Source: Klebsormidium nitens (Eukaryota; Plantae; Klebsormidiophyceae). From it: a stretch of DNA of 51,897 bases. The DNA is taken from assembly GCA_000708835.1 (NCBI GenBank), contig DF237557.1, positions 1 to 51,897 on the forward strand. Reading direction: 5' to 3'. Positions within the stretch are counted from its first letter, which is position 1, and each line of letters starts with the position of its first letter. A model generated the notes under the pieces. It did no database searches. It was not told the origin of the DNA and saw only the letters and a program-made list of their open reading frames with translations. Shown in pieces: positions 49,001 to 51,897 of this stretch. Both the position numbers and the translations under genes were made by a program.

Positions 49001-50179
49001 TTCTTGGGCCTGGGCGTGAAAGAAAAGGGAAGTTGGGAAACTCAGTAAAGCTAAACCACATTACCGTTTCCTCCATATCGACTGACTTACAACAATCAGA
49101 AGTTGCAGGTTGCTCACGCATTGGTTGTTCTTCAATGTTGCCCGTGTATTTGTTTCTGACGGCACGGAGATGATCCTGTATGATGCAGCTTCAACAGCAA
49201 CCTGCACAAGAAGGGCTTCACGGGCAAGGTGGACGTGGACTATAGCGCCATGAAGCTCACTCTCGAGGTCACCACCGCCGACGGCTCCAACCAGGCCGTC
49301 ACCGACACGCGCGCACTCTCAGGTACACCCCTGCGCCACATGACGTGGGGCTCCGCACCAGGCTTGTTGGCTTCTTCGCCGAGGTCTTGGGTGCGCTTGA
49401 CACGTGCGCTTGACAAGTGGACAAAGTTGACAGCAGCCAGCCGAAGAAGTGCCTGGGTGTAGCCATCAGTCCGGGCGACCCCAAGTTCGACTGGGTACAT
49501 TCCATTGCATTGACCGTGCGCAACTGCTTTTGCGACTAAGATTGTTGATTTCTGACCTGCCAACGGTGGTCTGCTGCAGGCGGCGAGCGGTCCTTCTCCA
49601 CGGTTGCTTTTGCCCTGGCGCTGCATGACCTGTCCGAGTCGCCCTTCCGGGCGATGGACGAGTTCGACGTCTTCATGGTGAGCACGGCATCCCGTAGGAT
49701 CGAAGGCTGTGCGGGTAACTTTCTTTACGAGCCTGCTGCTGCCATGTTTACATTCATGCAACACAGACAGGGCGCTTTCGCTCAGCTGATCAGCCTGCAC
49801 CTGGCCATCTGAGGCTATCTTCCCGCGCTTACGCAGGACTCGGTCAACCGGAAGCTCAGCCTGCAGACTGTGGTCGACTTTGCCGTCAAGCACAAGTCGC
49901 AGTGGATGTTTATCACCCCGCACGACATCAGGTACGTCGCTACCACGTGTTGAAAAATGTTCTTGGCTCCTGAGCTGGGGCCGGGTGGCCGTCCTTATCA
50001 GTGACTCTGGCACACGAGGGACCGACCTCTATGTCCTAGCGGTCTGAATTTTGCAGTTATTCTCAGGGGATCCCTGCGCTGTCTTCATGACTCAGGTCCT
50101 GATTGTGTTGATCTTTTGCAGGGACGTGAAGCCTGGGCCCTACGTGAAAATTCAGCAGATGCATGCACCACGGCCCTGA
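40089..50179 (+). CDS. SMC6: Structural maintenance of chromosomes protein 6; 26 exons
   Basis: N-terminal [19 protein letters not shown]|GKSAIL (Walker A), [14 protein letters not shown], hinge PIGPIG, signature LSG|GERSFST, Walker B/D-loop [13 protein letters not shown]|DSVNRK, and [10 protein letters not shown]. The phases checked across the GT-AG introns were consistent. Stop codon 50177-50179. Confidence 0.97.
46792..46807 (-). repeat. Two interstitial telomere-type units (CCCTAAAA x2) in an SMC6 intron
   Basis: CCCTAAAACCCTAAAA seen directly. Confidence 0.6.
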
Positions 50180-51849
50180 TTGATGCAATAAACGTTCACG
50201 GATTGTACTTCACTAGGTCAGCCTTAAAATATTCGGGCAATCGGTTACTACATGCGGGCCCGGCCATAAAGGGATTGATTGGTGACCATACATTGCGCAA
50301 ACGGACTCGCTTTGAGTTGCTGTGAGTCAAGCAAGTTCTGAAGCCGATTTGGTCTGGCTATTGCGTGACGCGCATGCATGCCGAAGTCCAATTGCAAAGG
50401 CCACACCCAGGGTAAGTTTGCATGCCCCCTACACTTCAAAACCTAACGGGTATTATAAATCGTCAAGCCAAGTATCTTGTTGTCACTTTTGTCACTCTTA
50501 CGATTGAACCGTGACTCTATGCGCGCGGCTTCATATGAAATCAAAACAATCAGTGCAGGTGATAGTCCCGTATGTACGTTCAATTCTATCCGATTCGGTA
50601 CACTAATCGAAAGTAACGAGCTCAAGACTCCTGCATATATTGCATATGCGCACAGGTCCTAGCGCCCGGCGTCGGAAGCTAGCTACAAAAGAATACTTGC
50701 TGATCCGTCTAGCGCGCTCTTATGCGCTTACAAATTCGTAAATATAGCCAACTACTTCAAAGAAAGATCATTGCATGACGGCCGGCCGGCGCGCTGCGCG
50801 TGCTAAGGTTAATCATTGAATTAATTAATATCATTGATCGATCAGGGTTCAACGGTAGAACGCCTGGGCCGCCGGGCCAGGCTTGCCATCCAGGAAAACT
50901 TGCGATGAAATTAAGGGTTCCGTCAATTGTGTGGGGTTACGTGAGACTCAAAATCCTTGTTTTTGAAGCAGAAAAGCTGCTGGGCCCCAGTTAACTGATT
51001 AGTAGAGGGCCTTAGTCGCTCAATTTCCGAAGTTCGACCTCAATCAAAGCAATCGATAAACCGGTTGGCTAGTAAGGGTTCGGCCACTAGGATCACAAAT
51101 ATAAAAATGCCCGGCCCTACTAAGCTGCCGTTTTTGAAATAAACATATGTCTGGCATAACAATAAAAGAAGCGATCATATGCCGGCCATGCTATCATTTT
51201 CAAGGCAGCCCCGGACAGGTTCAATCACCATATGCTTGCAAGAACACTAAATTCTACTATATATGACAGCAAAAATGCGAGGGACTTCGTTTGGTGAGCT
51301 TGTAAAATACTGTAACGGCCGGCAGTACTACCACTGCACTGGGCCGCAAAAGGTGCACTACGATGGCATGCCAATAAACTTGGTACAGATACCGTCTCAC
51401 GGAAGGTTCAATGACGAGATGCAATGACGAGATGCGCTACTTTCGGCCCCCAGACCAGAAGACCAAGCACAATCTGATGGCAATTAAGCAGCTTGGCATA
51501 CCGTACGTACTCAGTCGATTTTTAAGCGCGGTATGACATATGCACATGCCAGCTATAAATTTGAAACGTACTGGTCTGCCAATATTACAATATGCCAGTG
51601 GTAAAACCCTAAAAAGCTTCGACGATGCATACATACTTCGATCAACATGCATCAGTTTCAATATCTAAAATAGTACATCGGCAAAATCAAGATTAGTTGT
51701 TTTCCATTAGTTTTTTTGAAAATTTATTCTAATCGATTAATTTGTTTTTGCAACCGAGGTTGGGATTTTAGGTTGGTGACGTCAGCGTATACAAAAAGAG
51801 GTTGTCGTTCAGTCGTTTTTCAGGGCTTTCAGAATCTGCGTTTTTTGAG

Positions 51850-51897
51850 TTTTAGGGTTTTAGGGTTTTAGGGTTTTAAAGTTTTAGGGTTTTAGGG
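51850..51897 (+). repeat. Telomere-type TTTTAGGG array at the window end
   Basis: (TTTTAGGG)x3, TTTTAAAG, (TTTTAGGG)x2, running to the last base with the G-rich strand pointing outward. Confidence 0.85.

Overview
Eukaryotic, intron-rich genomic DNA with GC3-rich exons and GT-AG introns. It is most likely from a streptophyte green alga such as Klebsormidium (inference from plant-type proteins plus a TTTTAGGG telomere-type array at the right end). Eight genes can be assembled by hand: a secreted Cys-rich/Root_cap-domain protein (+), an intron-poor FAD-dependent monooxygenase-like protein (+), PRP3 (-), RPL35 (+), an RBR (RING-IBR-RING) E3 ligase (-), an SLC25A38/Hem25-like mitochondrial carrier (+), a NUDT1/NUDT15-like Nudix hydrolase (-) and SMC6 (+, 26 exons). 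There is also an orphan minus-strand ORF near 7.4-8.1 kb. The last six genes form three head-to-head pairs separated by palindrome-rich spacers. The most unusual signals are: (1) a ladder of six degenerate copies of the splice-acceptor/exon-7 start inside PRP3 intron 6, with a premature stop downstream of every AG-retaining copy; (2) two inverted-repeat elements that share a G-quadruplex/telomere-like core but have unrelated arms; (3) a monooxygenase with MICAL-like motifs; and (4) a glycine-carrier orthologue in a lineage that uses the C5 tetrapyrrole pathway. All assignments come from manual reading; no database searches were run.
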